Origin: Octopus bimaculoides
Taxonomy: Eukaryota
Assembly: GCF_001194135.2 (NCBI RefSeq)
Contig: NC_068981.1
Location: 93,627,664 to 93,691,663 of the forward strand
Length of the DNA: 64,000 nt
Direction: 5' to 3'
The notes under the pieces were generated by a model, which worked only from the letters and a program-made list of their open reading frames with translations, made no database searches and was not told the origin of the DNA. Position numbers and translations under genes: made by a program. Shown here piece after piece: positions 1-12,121 of this stretch (position 1 is its first letter; each line of letters begins with the position of its first letter).

Positions 1-299
1 TTCCATTATGAACACACTGTATACATATATTGTGGAATACATGAACCAAATGCACCCAAGTAACAGTGTCACTTCATGAAAACGCTTGCAAATCAGAACA
101 CAACATTTATTATAGCTAAACAGCAAGATCAAAGAGCAAGGCACCAGAACTAATCAAAATGAAACCATAAAGTTACCATAAAGCTTAGAAGTCTGGGGGC
201 ATGTTACAGACAATAAATGTAATATAAAAATATTTAATGTAAATATTAAAATTGTAAACCTTGTAACTCAAATTGTTACATTACTGGATTAATGTGTAT

Positions 300-830
300 T
301 CTGGATTACTGGATTACTGCGCATTACTGGGTGTACTGTGTATAAGTACTGTGCATTCTTGTCTGTTGATGTTGATGTATTTGTTAAGATTGTGGATGAT
401 TTATAGTTTTTAAAATAATACAAATCTTAAAAGATGTGTTTTGGTAGCAAAAATGAATTTCGCATTATATTTGTTTCGTGCCTTATGAACATCCAGGAAG
501 CTAAACTGATTAAGGCGAGATAACTTGCGAATAAAGAAAAAGGGTTAAGCCTTTCATAATAGAAGTTTTGACATGAGAATTTAAAATAGTTTGACAGAGT
601 ATTTGAATGGACGACAAGGTTAAGAAAGTTCTAGTTCGAGAGAATAAGAAAACGAAAAGAAAAGGAAAGTGAAAAATATTTTGAAGAAGAAAAGACCCTA
701 ATAAAATTTGGTGTATTTTTAGATGAAATCAGCAATATTCTCCAAATTTGGGTCATCGTGGAATAGCAAAGAAGAGGTAATACAATTTGGTTTACAAGTT
801 AAATTAATAGAAAAACACTTCACCACCAGC
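300..830 (-). mobile_element. Possible heavily decayed Penelope-like element fragment (RT-endonuclease linker region)
   Basis: Minus-strand translation gives interrupted pieces loosely resembling the PLE linker (LP..., P...SYSRTRTFL); many stops, weak similarity. Confidence 0.3.
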
Positions 831-975
831 CCTTTAATCATATCTCATAAGCCTGTTTACATGCACTAATTAATGCAATTATAAGTATAGATGATTAGAG
901 ATATTGGTATATACGTATATGCGTATATATGTGTATATATTTATTATGCATATACATATAAACAAATACACAGCT

Positions 976-1028
<53 letters not shown>

Positions 1029-1419
1029 ATTAAGGGTACCGAAGAGGCACTAACCTGCCAGAAATAGCGGTCAAAACTGACTCTAAAACGATATCATGTA
1101 TTCATATAGAACAGGTAAAAAGCCAAATGAACAAAGAAATTAGCAAACAAAAATAATGCTTAACTCCAGGTCAACGTTTTCTGGATTAATAAAATACTTT
1201 GCCTTCATCAGCGGAAATATACAAAGATTAGAGCATAATTACAAATACATACAACATACAACATGTTGTATATACAACATACGATTACTTAAGTATACGC
1301 ACGTATATATACGTGTATATGCATTTATATGCCAGACTAATTCATTTGTCCGCCTCACACCACGTGCTGTATGGTCAAAATATCACCACAGTGAATATGA
1401 TGATACGGAGCGAATATAT

Positions 1420-2030
1420 ATTTATATATAAAGAGGATAAGACCATTATTTAACAGAACGATCAAATCAAGTGGCCAATATGGAAAGAACCGTACAGGTA
1501 ATAATTATTATAGATATAAAATAATTACCCTCAATTATAATTACATTTACATTATTATATATCTATAATAATTATTGGAGACGCAATAATTAGTGGAGGC
1601 GCAATGGCCCACTGGTAAGGGCAGCGGACTCGCGGTTATAGTATCGCGGCTTCGATTCCCAAATTGTTGTGAGTGTTTATTGAGCGAAAGCACCTAAAGC
1701 TCCACGAGGCTCCGGCAGGCGATGGTGGCGAACCCTGCTGTACTCTTTCACTACAACTTTCTCTCACTCTGTAATTCAAAGGGACAGCCTTGTCACATTC
1801 TGTGTCATGCTGAATATCCCCGAGAACTACGTTAATGGTACATGTGTCTGTGGAGTGCTCAGCCACATACACGTTAATTTCACGAGCAGACTGTTCCGTT
1901 GATCGGATCAACTGGAACCCTCGTCGTCGTAAGCAACGGAGTGCCAACAATAGTAATTATTACTTATACGGTTTTTTCCATGCTGGCCACTTGATATGAT
2001 CGTTATGTTAAATAATGGTCTTAGCCTCTT

Positions 2031-2040
<10 letters not shown>
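1420..2040. repeat. Foldback/MITE-like element with about 100-bp inverted arms, interrupted by a SINE
   Basis: aaagaggataagaccattatttaacagaacgatcaaatcaagtggcc... (about 1430-1520) is the reverse complement of 1557-1576 plus 1951-2035; (TA)n on both outer sides. Confidence 0.75.
1595..1950 (+). mobile_element. tRNA-derived SINE, family A, near full length
   Basis: Head ggaggcgcaatggcccactggtaagggcagcgg with B-box-like ttcgattccc; body and tail (gtaattcaaagggacagccttgtc...gagtgccaacaa) recur at 8103, 16655 and 41220. Confidence 0.9.
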
Positions 2041-2084
<44 letters not shown>

Positions 2085-2959
2085 CGTGCGCGCGTATATC
2101 AATGTATGTAAATTTGTATGTATTTTGATGTCTCTGTGGGTGTATATAACCTCGTTCTCTCTTTCTATATCCACATCCACAAATTATATATGCACTCAGA
2201 TATAATATATCAAAGAAACTAACTTTTGACTATCGAAATGGCTATAAAAATGTGCTCAAATCGACTTTTTCTAAAATTAGTTGCCATAATCATTTACACA
2301 CTAGTTAATACATTCACAAGCTGTACATTGTCCTTTTGGAAATGTTCTTCCTGTATTTGAACTGGCATCATAACATTTGAAATTTGTTGTGGCCGTTGTT
2401 TTATAAACGAGCGTTGGTAGTTATCCATATATTAACGGTATATTTCTATTTTTCTACTATAATTTACGCGCATTATTCCATATGATTTGCTATGTTATGA
2501 TTCTAATTAATTGACGCATTTTCATGTTTATATGCTACTGCTGGCTTTTATTGATTGTACTCTATTACTTTCTGTATCAGAGCACTTTTAGATGTACTTT
2601 TATGAATAATTCTGCCATCATGTACATGCACTCACATATGCAATTTTATAGAAGAGCTTTAATTTTAATTACATTGCCAAATTGAATTAGAAAATCACTC
2701 TAATAGAGAACGGGAATATTACATTTCGTTTTCTATTATAAAAATACGGAGACACATGTATGTATGTATGTATGTATGTATGTATGCATGTATGTATGTA
2801 CGTGGGGTAACTGCGTGTGTGTGTATTAATGTATATACATCTATATATCAATATTTATTTATCTATCTATGCATGTGTGCGTGTATGTATGTGTGTGTAT
2901 GCACACCCATGCCAGGTCATTCTTCTTGCTACTGGTAACATTTAACCCAATACAACTTG

Positions 2960-3545
2960 TCGTATAATCGGGCCGTAGGTAACTAAACCGTCAAATCCTA
3001 CCAAGCTTGCTTAGTAAGGGGGTGGTGATGGACACTATGCAGAACGACTAGCAAAACTTGTCGACGGGTAGATGAACTTAGTAGAGAAAACGGCCATCCA
3101 ATAACTGCAATTGAAACCCCTTTAATTTCGGTATAAACCCCTCACAATTAGAAGGGGGAAAAAACGTAAAACATGTGACACCTTTTACATCCAATGATGC
3201 TAACTAGTAGTTCTTGTTGGGCAAATGCATACGTTACGGAACGAGTGGAATTGGCTCTGTGCAAGACCTTTACTTCAAAATAAATCTTCAGACACGGGTT
3301 AACGCTTCATTTTAAAAACCTTTATGTGCTGCAACCGAAAAAAGCAAAATATTCAATGAAAAATTTAGATAATGGAATGAAGGCACGTGTCAGTATGGGC
3401 GATAAACTGTCTGAACACGCGCAACAAAATACGCTCATCGTTGACACATCTATACGAAAGAGTGTGTAGGTCTCTAGTAGGACAGAAAAGCCACATCTGT
3501 ATTGTTCAAATCTTAGAGAGTAACCAAGCGATAGCATTGCTTGAT
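2960..3545 (+). mobile_element. Possible decayed LINE 5' region with APE endonuclease remnant
   Basis: Near 3397-3460 translates GDKLSEHAQQNTLIVDT, resembling the APE motif G..L..F...N.L.I.NT; the rest is degraded. Confidence 0.3.
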
Positions 3546-3565
3546 ATCGAGTCGCAGCCACCATG

Positions 3566-3597
<32 letters not shown>

Positions 3598-3624
3598 TGT
3601 ATGTATGTATGTATGTATGTATGC

Positions 3625-3674
<50 letters not shown>

Positions 3675-4499
3675 NNNNNNNNNNNNNNNNNNNNNNNNNN
3701 NNNNNNNNNNNNNNNNNNNNNNNNNNNNNNNNNNNNNNNNNNNNNNNNNNNNNNNNNNNNNNNNNNNNNNNNNNNNNNNNNNNNNNNNNNNNNNNNNNNN
3801 NNNNNNNNNNNNNNNNNNNNNNNNNNNNNNNNNNNNNNNNNNNNNNNNNNNNNNNNNNNNNNNNNNNNNNNNNNNNNNNNNNNNNNNNNNNNNNNNNNNN
3901 NNNNNNNNNNNNNNNNNNNNNNNNNNNNNNNNNNNNNNNNNNNNNNNNNNNNNNNNNNNNNNNNNATATATATATATATATAGGATTCAAGCGAATCAGG
4001 TCCTTAAATAATAAAGCACCAATGTCAGATCAGTGAAATCGCTATTGCATTATTTGAAGAGAATGTGTAGATCAAAGTCATAAGTTGATAGCAATGTGTG
4101 TAATTTCGGTTATCTGTACTTGTCTCTTATGGCTGAAGATTTTGGTGGGTACTATGAAATATCTAACAACATTTACTTACTGTTGGAGCACGGCTAGGTT
4201 ATTTAAGATTTTTATTATATGCAGTATAGTAGCCATTGCTGTTGTTATTAAATGATGGTGAGGATGATGATGATNNNNNNNNNNTTTAAGATTTTTATTA
4301 TATGCAGTATAGTAGCCATTGCTGTTGTTATTAAATGATGGTGAGGATGATGATGATGATGATGACGACGACGACGATGATGATGATGGTGGTGGTGGTG
4401 GTGGCGATGATGGCAGCGAAGACTATAAGTATAACAATGATGGCCATAATGAAGTGGAAGTGATGGAGGAAGGAAGAAGAGTTATAAAGTTTATTTGGT

Positions 4500-5240
4500 A
4501 TAGTAACTGGTTGAGAAAATTCCCATGGATATATTCTGCCTCACGAGCATATAGATAAGCAAGGTCCAATAGACTTATTGAACCGGGAAAATAGTCTCCT
4601 GATCAAAATGCACCCATCCATGATCAATCCCATATTTTTCAGATACAATGTGGAATTCATTCTTATGACAATGGGTGTGATTCGAGGGTGATATCACTGT
4701 TACATCCAGTAACATTTAACCACTGTTAAATGACTCTATTGCTGGTTCTATTTTTAATGTATGTGGCATACGTTTATTGAATTTGAGTTTTTCCTTATTT
4801 ATTAGTTTGGCTATTTCTGTTATGTTATTCAGTTTTTGCAAAACTAATATCTGTCTTTTGTGACGGTGTTTATACTGGAATATTATTAAATTTTGTAAAA
4901 TGAATTGTTATGACGGTTAGTGCATCATCAAGCAAGAGTTAAGAAAATATACAAAATGTGGATGACGTACTTAATTATGTGCAATAGAATGGTAGCAGGA
5001 CAAGTGATGTTTTACTTAACTTAATGAAATATGTGGATTTGTTGTAAAATTTAAAGAAAGTTTAGTTGTGATGCTAGCATGGACCTTGTGTGTTATGTGT
5101 ATTGCTTTTCTACCAGAAGGTGTTGTCTGCATTGAACTCCCCTTCAGTTAAGGTTTTTAGGAGAGCACTAACGTGATAGAGTTGGAATAAAATTATAACT
5201 TCCTTATAATGGAAAGTCGGTGGTGGCGTATATACATGTT
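4500..5240 (-). mobile_element. Decayed CR1/L2-like LINE APE endonuclease fragment
   Basis: Minus strand gives HVYTPP, then GEFNADNTFW, then HILYIFLT, in the order of APE motifs VYRPP / GDFNAH..W / LDLFLT; interrupted by stops. Confidence 0.5.
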
Positions 5241-6694
5241 TATTATATGGACTTGACTTGTATTACTGTCTCTTTTTATTACTCATAATGTCTGTATTTT
5301 TATTACACCTTAGTTTTCGGATTCCCCTTTCTGACATTCGAAATATTTCATGCCTGCTATAAATACCCCTACCGTCTGATTGAAAAGTCATTAAGGATTT
5401 AAGAATTTCTGTTTTGTGACAGCAAAAATATTTCCTAAACTATTGCTGAGTAAATAGTTACTTGGTAAAAGTCAGAGAAGGTTGCAGCAAGATTACATCG
5501 ATGCTTTTCTATACTTTTCTATTCATTAATTTCAACCTATATTGACTTAGTGTTTCATCAATCTTGTTTAAGGAAAACGTAACAAGTAGCAGTGGTACAC
5601 TGGCGTTGTGTCAGCTGATAACATCCCTTACAGTATTTTTAAAATTGGCCAATGAAAAGAAATCAGTTTCATGTAAGTTACCGTTCTACATATTCTTGTA
5701 AATCTTACAGGAGATAGCTGTATTTTTTTAATGTTGGTTTTTTTTATCCTGTTATTGTTGAATTTTAACAAAGCATTTTTTCCTAGATTATTGGAATTCA
5801 TTCATTTCACGAAAAAGAGGAAAAAAGACCATAAAACCTTTTTTTCACTGAGCTGGAAAAACGTCGTCCTTTACGTGCGTTCACGCATTGATTGATACGC
5901 AAATGAAAGCAAACAAATTAAAAATACACATTTTGTAAATATAGAACACATTTTTGTAGTTTCATAAACGATTTTTTTACGCNNNNNNNNNNNNNNNNNN
6001 NNNNNNNNNNNNNNNNNNNNNNNNNNNNNNNNNNNNNNNNNNNNNNNNNNNNNNNNNNNNNNNNNNNNNNNNNNNNNNNNNNNNNNNNNNNNNNNNNNNN
6101 NNNNNNNNNNNNNNNNNNNNNNNNNNNNNNNNNNNNNNNNNNNNNNNNNNNNNNNNNNNNNNNNNNNNNNNNNNNNNNNNNNNNNNNNNNNNNNNNNNNN
6201 NNNNNNNNNNNNNNNNNNNNNNNNNNNNNNNNNNNNNNNNNNNNNNNNNNNNNNNNNNNNNNNNNNNNNNNNNNNNNNNNNNNNNNNNNNNNNNNNNNNN
6301 NNNNNNNNNNNNNNNNNNNNNNNNNNNNNNNNNNNNNNNNNNNNNNNNNNNNNNNNNNNNNNNNNNNNNNNNNNNNNNNNNNNNNNNNNNNNNNNNNNNN
6401 NNNNNNNNNNNNNNNNNNNNNNNNNNNNNNNNNNNNNNNNNNNNNNNNNNNNNNNNNNNNNNNNNNNNNNNNNNNNNNNNNNNNNNNNNNNNNNNNNNNN
6501 NNNNNNNNNNNNNNNNNNNNNNNNNNNNNNNNNNNNNNNNNNNNNNNNNNNNNNNNNNNNNNNNNNNNNNNNNNNNNNNNNNNNNNNNNNNNNNNNNNNN
6601 NNNNNNNNNNNNNNNNNNNNNNNNNNNNNNNNNNNNNNNNNNNNNNNNNNNNNNNNNNNNNNNNNNNNNNNNNNNNGTATGCATGTATGTATGC

Positions 6695-6759
<65 letters not shown>

Positions 6760-7006
6760 TGCTCAGGGAAAGGAAGGAGAGAGGTGAAAGCGCGAAAGAC
6801 TACTGCATACATTCGCAGCCCAATTAAACACACAAAAACACCTACACAATGTTTATAACCAATCAAAACGGGGGAGAGTTGTATGTAAACAACTACCAAA
6901 AATTACTTATGAACGATCGATTATCTCCTTAAACATAAACAATTTACAGAAAAGTAATTGATTAGTTTTAATTTAACCTAAAACATGTAGCAGCAGCTGC
7001 AGGATT

Positions 7007-7073
7007 TGAAGAAGAAGAAGAAGAAGAAGAAGAAGAAGAAGAAGAAGAAGAAGAAGAAGAAGAAGAAGAAGAA
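7007..7073. repeat. (GAA)n microsatellite running into an assembly gap
   Basis: Pure gaa repeats followed by Ns. Confidence 0.95.
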
Positions 7074-7958
7074 NNNNNNNNNNNNNNNNNNNNNNNNNNN
7101 NNNNNNNNNNNNNNNNNNNNNNNNNNNNNNNNNNNNNNNNNNNNNNNNNNNNNNNNNNNNNNNNNNNNNNNNNNNNNNNNNNNNNNNNNNNNNNNNNNNN
7201 NNNNNNNNNNNNNNNNNNNNNNNNNNNNNNNNNNNNNNNNNNNNNNNNNNNNNNNNNNNNNNNNNNNNNNNNNNNNNNNNNNNNNNNNNNNNNNNNNNNN
7301 NNNNNNNNNNNNNNNNNNNNNNNNNNNNNNNNNNNNNNNNNNNNNNNNNNNNNNNNNNNNNNNNNNNNNNNNNNNNNNNNNNNNNNNNNNNNNNNNNNNN
7401 NNNNNNNNNNNNNNNNNNNNNNNNNNNNNNNNNNNNNNNNNNNNNNNNNNNNNNNNNNNNNNNNNNNNNNNNNNNNNNNNNNNNNNNNNNNNNNNNNNNN
7501 NNNNNNNNNNNNNNNNNNNNNNNNNNNNNNNNNNNNNNNNNNNNNNNNNNNNNNNNNNNNNNNNNNNNNNNNNNNNNNNNNNNNNNNNNNNNNNNNNNNN
7601 NNNNNNNNNNNNNNNNNNNNNNNNNNNNNNNNNNNNNNNNNNNNNNNNNNNNNNNNNNNNNNNNNNNNNNNNNNNNNNNNNNNNNNNNNNNNNNNNNNNN
7701 NNNNNNNNNNNNNNNNNNNNNNNNNNNNNNNNNNNNNNNNNNNNNNNNNNNNNNNNNNNNNNNNNNNNNNNNNNNNNNNNNNNNNNNNNNNNNNNNNNNN
7801 NNNNNNNNNNNNNNNNNNNNNNNNNNNNNNNNNNNNNNNNNNNNNNNNNNNNNNNNNNNNNNNNNNNNNNNNNNNNNNNNNNNNNNNNNNNNNNNNNNNN
7901 NNNNNNNNNNNNNNNNNNNNNNNNNNNNNNNNNNNNNNNNNNNNNNNNNNNNNNNNNN

Positions 7959-8013
<55 letters not shown>

Positions 8014-8102
8014 AGACAATCAATAATATGTACGAAGAAAATCGTATCTTTATTTTAGATCAAACATTAAAAATCCAACAATTCTTTCAATTGCATTAAC
8101 GT

Positions 8103-8218
8103 ATTGTTGTTGCTGGCACTCCGTCGCTTACGACGTCGAGGGTTCCAGTTGATCCGATCAACGGAACAGCCTGCTTCTGAAATTAACGTGCAAGCGGCTG
8201 AGCACTCCACAGACACAT
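8103..8218 (-). mobile_element. SINE family A, 3' tail only (5'-truncated)
   Basis: ggcactccgtcgcttacgacgtcgagggttccagttgatccgatcaacggaacagcc matches the start of the 16655 copy. Confidence 0.9.
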
Positions 8219-9304
8219 CATCACATCCTCAAAGGCACCCATCATCGTCCCTATCATATCACTGACTCCTTTACCCTCACTTCTAGCAACGTCATTTATT
8301 GCATCTCCTGCTCTTTATGTCCTTCTTTGTACATCGGTCAAACGGGACGCTGCTTGGCTGACCGGTTCGCGGACCACCTCCGAGACATTAGACTCGGCAA
8401 TGATACCCCAGCCTCGCGCTATTTCCGCTCTTCCGGTCATTCTACCTGTCAGTGTTCGGATTGTTTTTGCACAGGGGCCATCCGGACTCACATCTTCGCC
8501 GTGAACAGGAATTAATCTTCTCTCTTCGCTCCATTGAGCCACATGGCCGCAAATTCCTGTCATCTCTTCATCTAACTCCTCTCCTCTCTTCCTCTAACAC
8601 CTACATCCTCTCGTCACACTTACCCACCTCTCCTCTCTTGCCCAGACACGTACTTCCTTTCTCCACTCCAGCCACTTTTCCCTTCATTGCTAACCCCTCT
8701 ATCCAAACCCTTCCTCACACATCCCACTCCCACATAACCCACCCCCACATTCTTACCCCAAATCCACACCCCACCCTCACATCCACACACCCTACCACCG
8801 CCACACCACACACCATCACACCACCACACCACCACACCACCACACTACATCAAACCACTCCACACCACTCCGCACACACTAGCACTGACCACTTCCAACC
8901 ACCCACACTATCATCCATACACCCATACATTACAGAAGCATAAGCTTACACACGCACACATCCACACGTCAAAGTCACCATCCCCAATCCACACGCACGC
9001 ACACACAGACACTCTCACATACACGCGCACCTTCGTTTTGAGATCACCAGTACTTTATTATCTTCTCTTCTTCCTAGCTCTTCTGTCTGTCTAACTACCT
9101 TTCTCCAACCAGTCACCATGATTGACCGATAACTCCACAAGTTTGTTTTGTTTTTTTTATTCGCTCTCTATTTCATCTTGTTCCTTTCTGCTGAAGAGCG
9201 TAGTATCGAAACGTTAAAAACTTTCTCAGCTTCTAGAACGTCAAACTTATACACCTGCTTGTTTATACACCTGTCTTCGCCTTTTGCTTTTCTGTAAATT
9301 TCAC

Positions 9305-9310
<6 letters not shown>
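8219..9310 (+). mobile_element. Penelope-like retroelement 3' portion: GIY-YIG endonuclease pseudogene, C/T- and CA-rich UTR, terminal repeat with hammerhead-like motif
   Basis: Frame through 8327 reads FTLTSSNVIYCISCSLCPSLYIGQTGRCLADRFADHLRDIR; after a frameshift near 8445 it continues SVFGLFLHRGHPDSHLRREQELIFSLRSIEPHG. The 9120-9310 tail recurs at 10430, 46230 and 48355. Confidence 0.9.
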
Positions 9311-9359
<49 letters not shown>

Positions 9360-9960
9360 TGCTTAAAGCTTATGGCGATCACCGTGCAATGACTAAGGAA
9401 AATAGTCTAATAAAGTGGCATATAACCCCTCGACAGATAAAAGAAGGCTTTATATGCCCCTTTATTCGACCATTTTCTTTAGTAATTGCAAGAATTGTCA
9501 GGATAAAACATTCGAGTTAACGTCTGTCAAACTTGGTGCATACGAAAATCGGACATTTCATTCTTAATGACCTGATATATATAGGGATAAAATATCCAGG
9601 CGGATACCGTACGAACATTCGGGTATAGTCCACGTTCAGTCTAAGAGCATTGAATATTAAGAATCACCAAGGATTATTTAGAATGAGCCATCTCACTGTA
9701 AATCATCCGATGCATAAATCCTGGGTTCGCTTCACTAGATTATGAATATTTACGAGAGTATAAATCCAAAACAACTGCAAAGGATCCGGAGACGGGAATA
9801 TCTTCATGTTTTTTGTAACCTTTTTTTTTACAGTTAATTATACAACATAATCGGTCGTATAAAGCAATTATGCTGTCTAATTAACTATGAAAATAAAAAT
9901 TGAAAGAAAAATGTGAAAGATGTACAAGTTTCTGTATTCTTTGTCATTGCTTTGTTGTTA

Positions 9961-10364
9961 TATCTTTTATCTTTTTCAGTCAGTTGACTGCGACCATGCT
10001 GGAGCACCACCTTGAAGTGTTTTAGTAGAACATATCGACTCCGAGATTTTTTTTTAAACTAGTTCTTATTCTATCAGTCTCTTTTCCCAAACTGCTAAGT
10101 TACGGTAATATAAACACATCACCATTTGTCAAGTGATGGTGGTGAGCAAACACAGACACAAAGCACACACACACACAAATATATACATATATATACATAT
10201 ACGAAGGGTTTCTTTCAGTTTCTGTCTACCAAATCCATTCACAAGGCTTTGGTCGGTCGGAGGGTGCAGTAGAAGACACTTGTCCAAGGTGCTAGGTAGT
10301 GGGAATGAACCTGGAAACATGTGGTTGAGAAGCAAGCCATTTACCACACTGGCACGCCTGCACC

Positions 10365-10365
<1 letters not shown>
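9961..10365 (-). mobile_element. tRNA-derived CORE-like SINE, family C
   Basis: On the minus strand: tRNA-like head, accttggacaagtgtcttctact CORE-like segment, internal TA/TG microsatellite and conserved tail; many copies in the window. Confidence 0.9.
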
Positions 10366-10410
<45 letters not shown>

Positions 10411-10429
10411 TGACCGTTGACTGAACACT

Positions 10430-10620
10430 ATTCAATTTTTTTTCTCCAATTTTTTTTCTCCGTGTTTTTCTCCTTGTCTCCGTATTCTTTCTGTTGAAGA
10501 GCGTAGCTCGAAACGTCAAAGACTTTCCGTATTCCCGAGCGTTATACTAATATATACTTTTGTTATTTACACCACCTGTCCTCGTCTGTTGTTATTTTTT
10601 GTATATTCTCCTATATATAT
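10430..10620 (+). mobile_element. PLE terminal-repeat fragment with hammerhead-like motif
   Basis: ctttctgttgaagagcgtagctcgaaacgtcaaagactttcc...acaccacctgtcctcgtc is homologous to 9180-9300 and ends in (TA)n. Confidence 0.85.
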
Positions 10621-10631
10621 ATATATATATA

Positions 10632-11909
10632 CAGGGGTTAGACATAATAATGGAAATACCCAGCATTATAGGATCATAGCATCATAATTTTAAAATATCT
10701 AGAAAAGTGTCAAAAGCTTGTTTATTTTGTATGTTTTCTTTATTTATTATTAGTGTTGCTTAGTATGTTTTGCTAAAATTTCTGTTTCTTTTCAGATATC
10801 ATCAGAAAAAGGTAACTAAAATTCATTAAAATGACAGATCTGTCGGACTTTCAAAGAGGTCAAATTGTTGGTGCTCGTATGTCAGGCCCCAGTGTAACGA
10901 AAACAGCCAAAATATTTGGTGTATCAAGGAGTACTGTCTCGAAAGTAATGACAGCTTTGAGAAAGAGGGAAAAACCTCCTCATCGAAACAAATCTCCGGA
11001 AGAAGATTAAAACTTTGAGATGGTGACGTCAGACTCTTACGCGGATTGCTAGAAAGGATCACAAAAGTACAATTCCCAAAATTACTGCAGAGCTTAACGA
11101 CCACCTCGAGAACCCACTTTCCACAAAACTGTTCGCCAGGAGCTGCACAAAGCAGGATTTCACGGGAGGGCTGCAATCAGAAAACCACTACTTTCAAAAA
11201 CAAACATAGCAAACTGTATAGAGTGGAGTAAAAACCCATAGAATAGGTCCCTAGAGCAGTGGAAGAATGTGATTTTCTCGGACGAGTCATCCTTTACCTT
11301 ATTTCCGACCACCAGCCGAGTATACGCGTGAAGACAGCCATAAGAAGCATTTGACGCAGATTGCCTTCTTCCAACTGTTAAACATGGAGGAGGATCTGTG
11401 ATGAACTGTGGGGCTATATTTTGGAAATCCACCAGCCCAATGGTTTACCCTTCATGGCAGAATTAATAGTCAAGACTATTTAAGCATTTTATCTGATTAA
11501 ATCCATCCTATGGTTGCGGAACTATTTCCGGAGGGAAACGCAATTTTTCAGGATGATAATGCACCAATTCACACAGCTAAAGTTATTACTAAATGGCACG
11601 AGGAACATTCTAGTGAAGTTGAACATCTTATCTGACCACCACAGTCGCCAGATATCAATGTTATTGAACATTTATGGTGTATTTCAGAAGAACAAGTAAG
11701 GAATTGATATCCTCCACCATCACCACTACAAGAACTGGAGACTGTTTTAGCTGAAAATGGACAAAAATTCCTTTGGAAATAATTCGGACTTTGTACGAGT
11801 CCATACCTCGTAGAACTCAAGCTGTAATTACTGCCAAAGGCAGTCCTACCCCATATTAAAATAATTTTTTGAAATTTTATGGTGTTTCCATTATTTTGTC
11901 CAATCCCTG
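10632..11909 (+). mobile_element. Full-length Tc1-family DNA transposon, inactivated
   Basis: About 29-bp TIRs (caggggttagacataataatggaaatacc / ggtgtttccattattttgtccaatccctg) flanked by TA; encloses a transposase pseudogene. Confidence 0.95.
10831..11859 (+). pseudogene. Tc1 DDE transposase pseudogene (stops and frameshifts)
   Basis: MTDLSDFQRGQIVGARM..., WKNVIFSDESSF, TVKHGGGSVM, FQDDNAPIHTAK, PPQSPDINVIEHLW, ...TAKGSPTPY*. Confidence 0.95.
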
Positions 11910-11913
11910 TATA

Positions 11914-11983
<70 letters not shown>

Positions 11984-12061
11984 NNNNNNNNNNNNNNNNN
12001 NNNGGGAGAGAGAGAGGGAGAGAGAGAGGGAGAGAGAGAGAGAGTTAGCTAGCTAGCTAGC

Positions 12062-12121
<60 letters not shown>

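Noticed and set aside
4201-4340. About 72-bp direct duplication around an 11-N gap
   Set aside because: Identical sequence on both sides of a tiny gap is typical of unmerged contig overlap.
4319-4558. Poly-Asp/Gly ORF
   Set aside because: Translation of a (GAT)n/(GGT)n microsatellite.
8452-8943. His/Thr/Pro-rich 163-aa ORF as a host gene
   Set aside because: The N-terminus is the frameshifted PLE endonuclease end; the rest is low-complexity CA-rich UTR.
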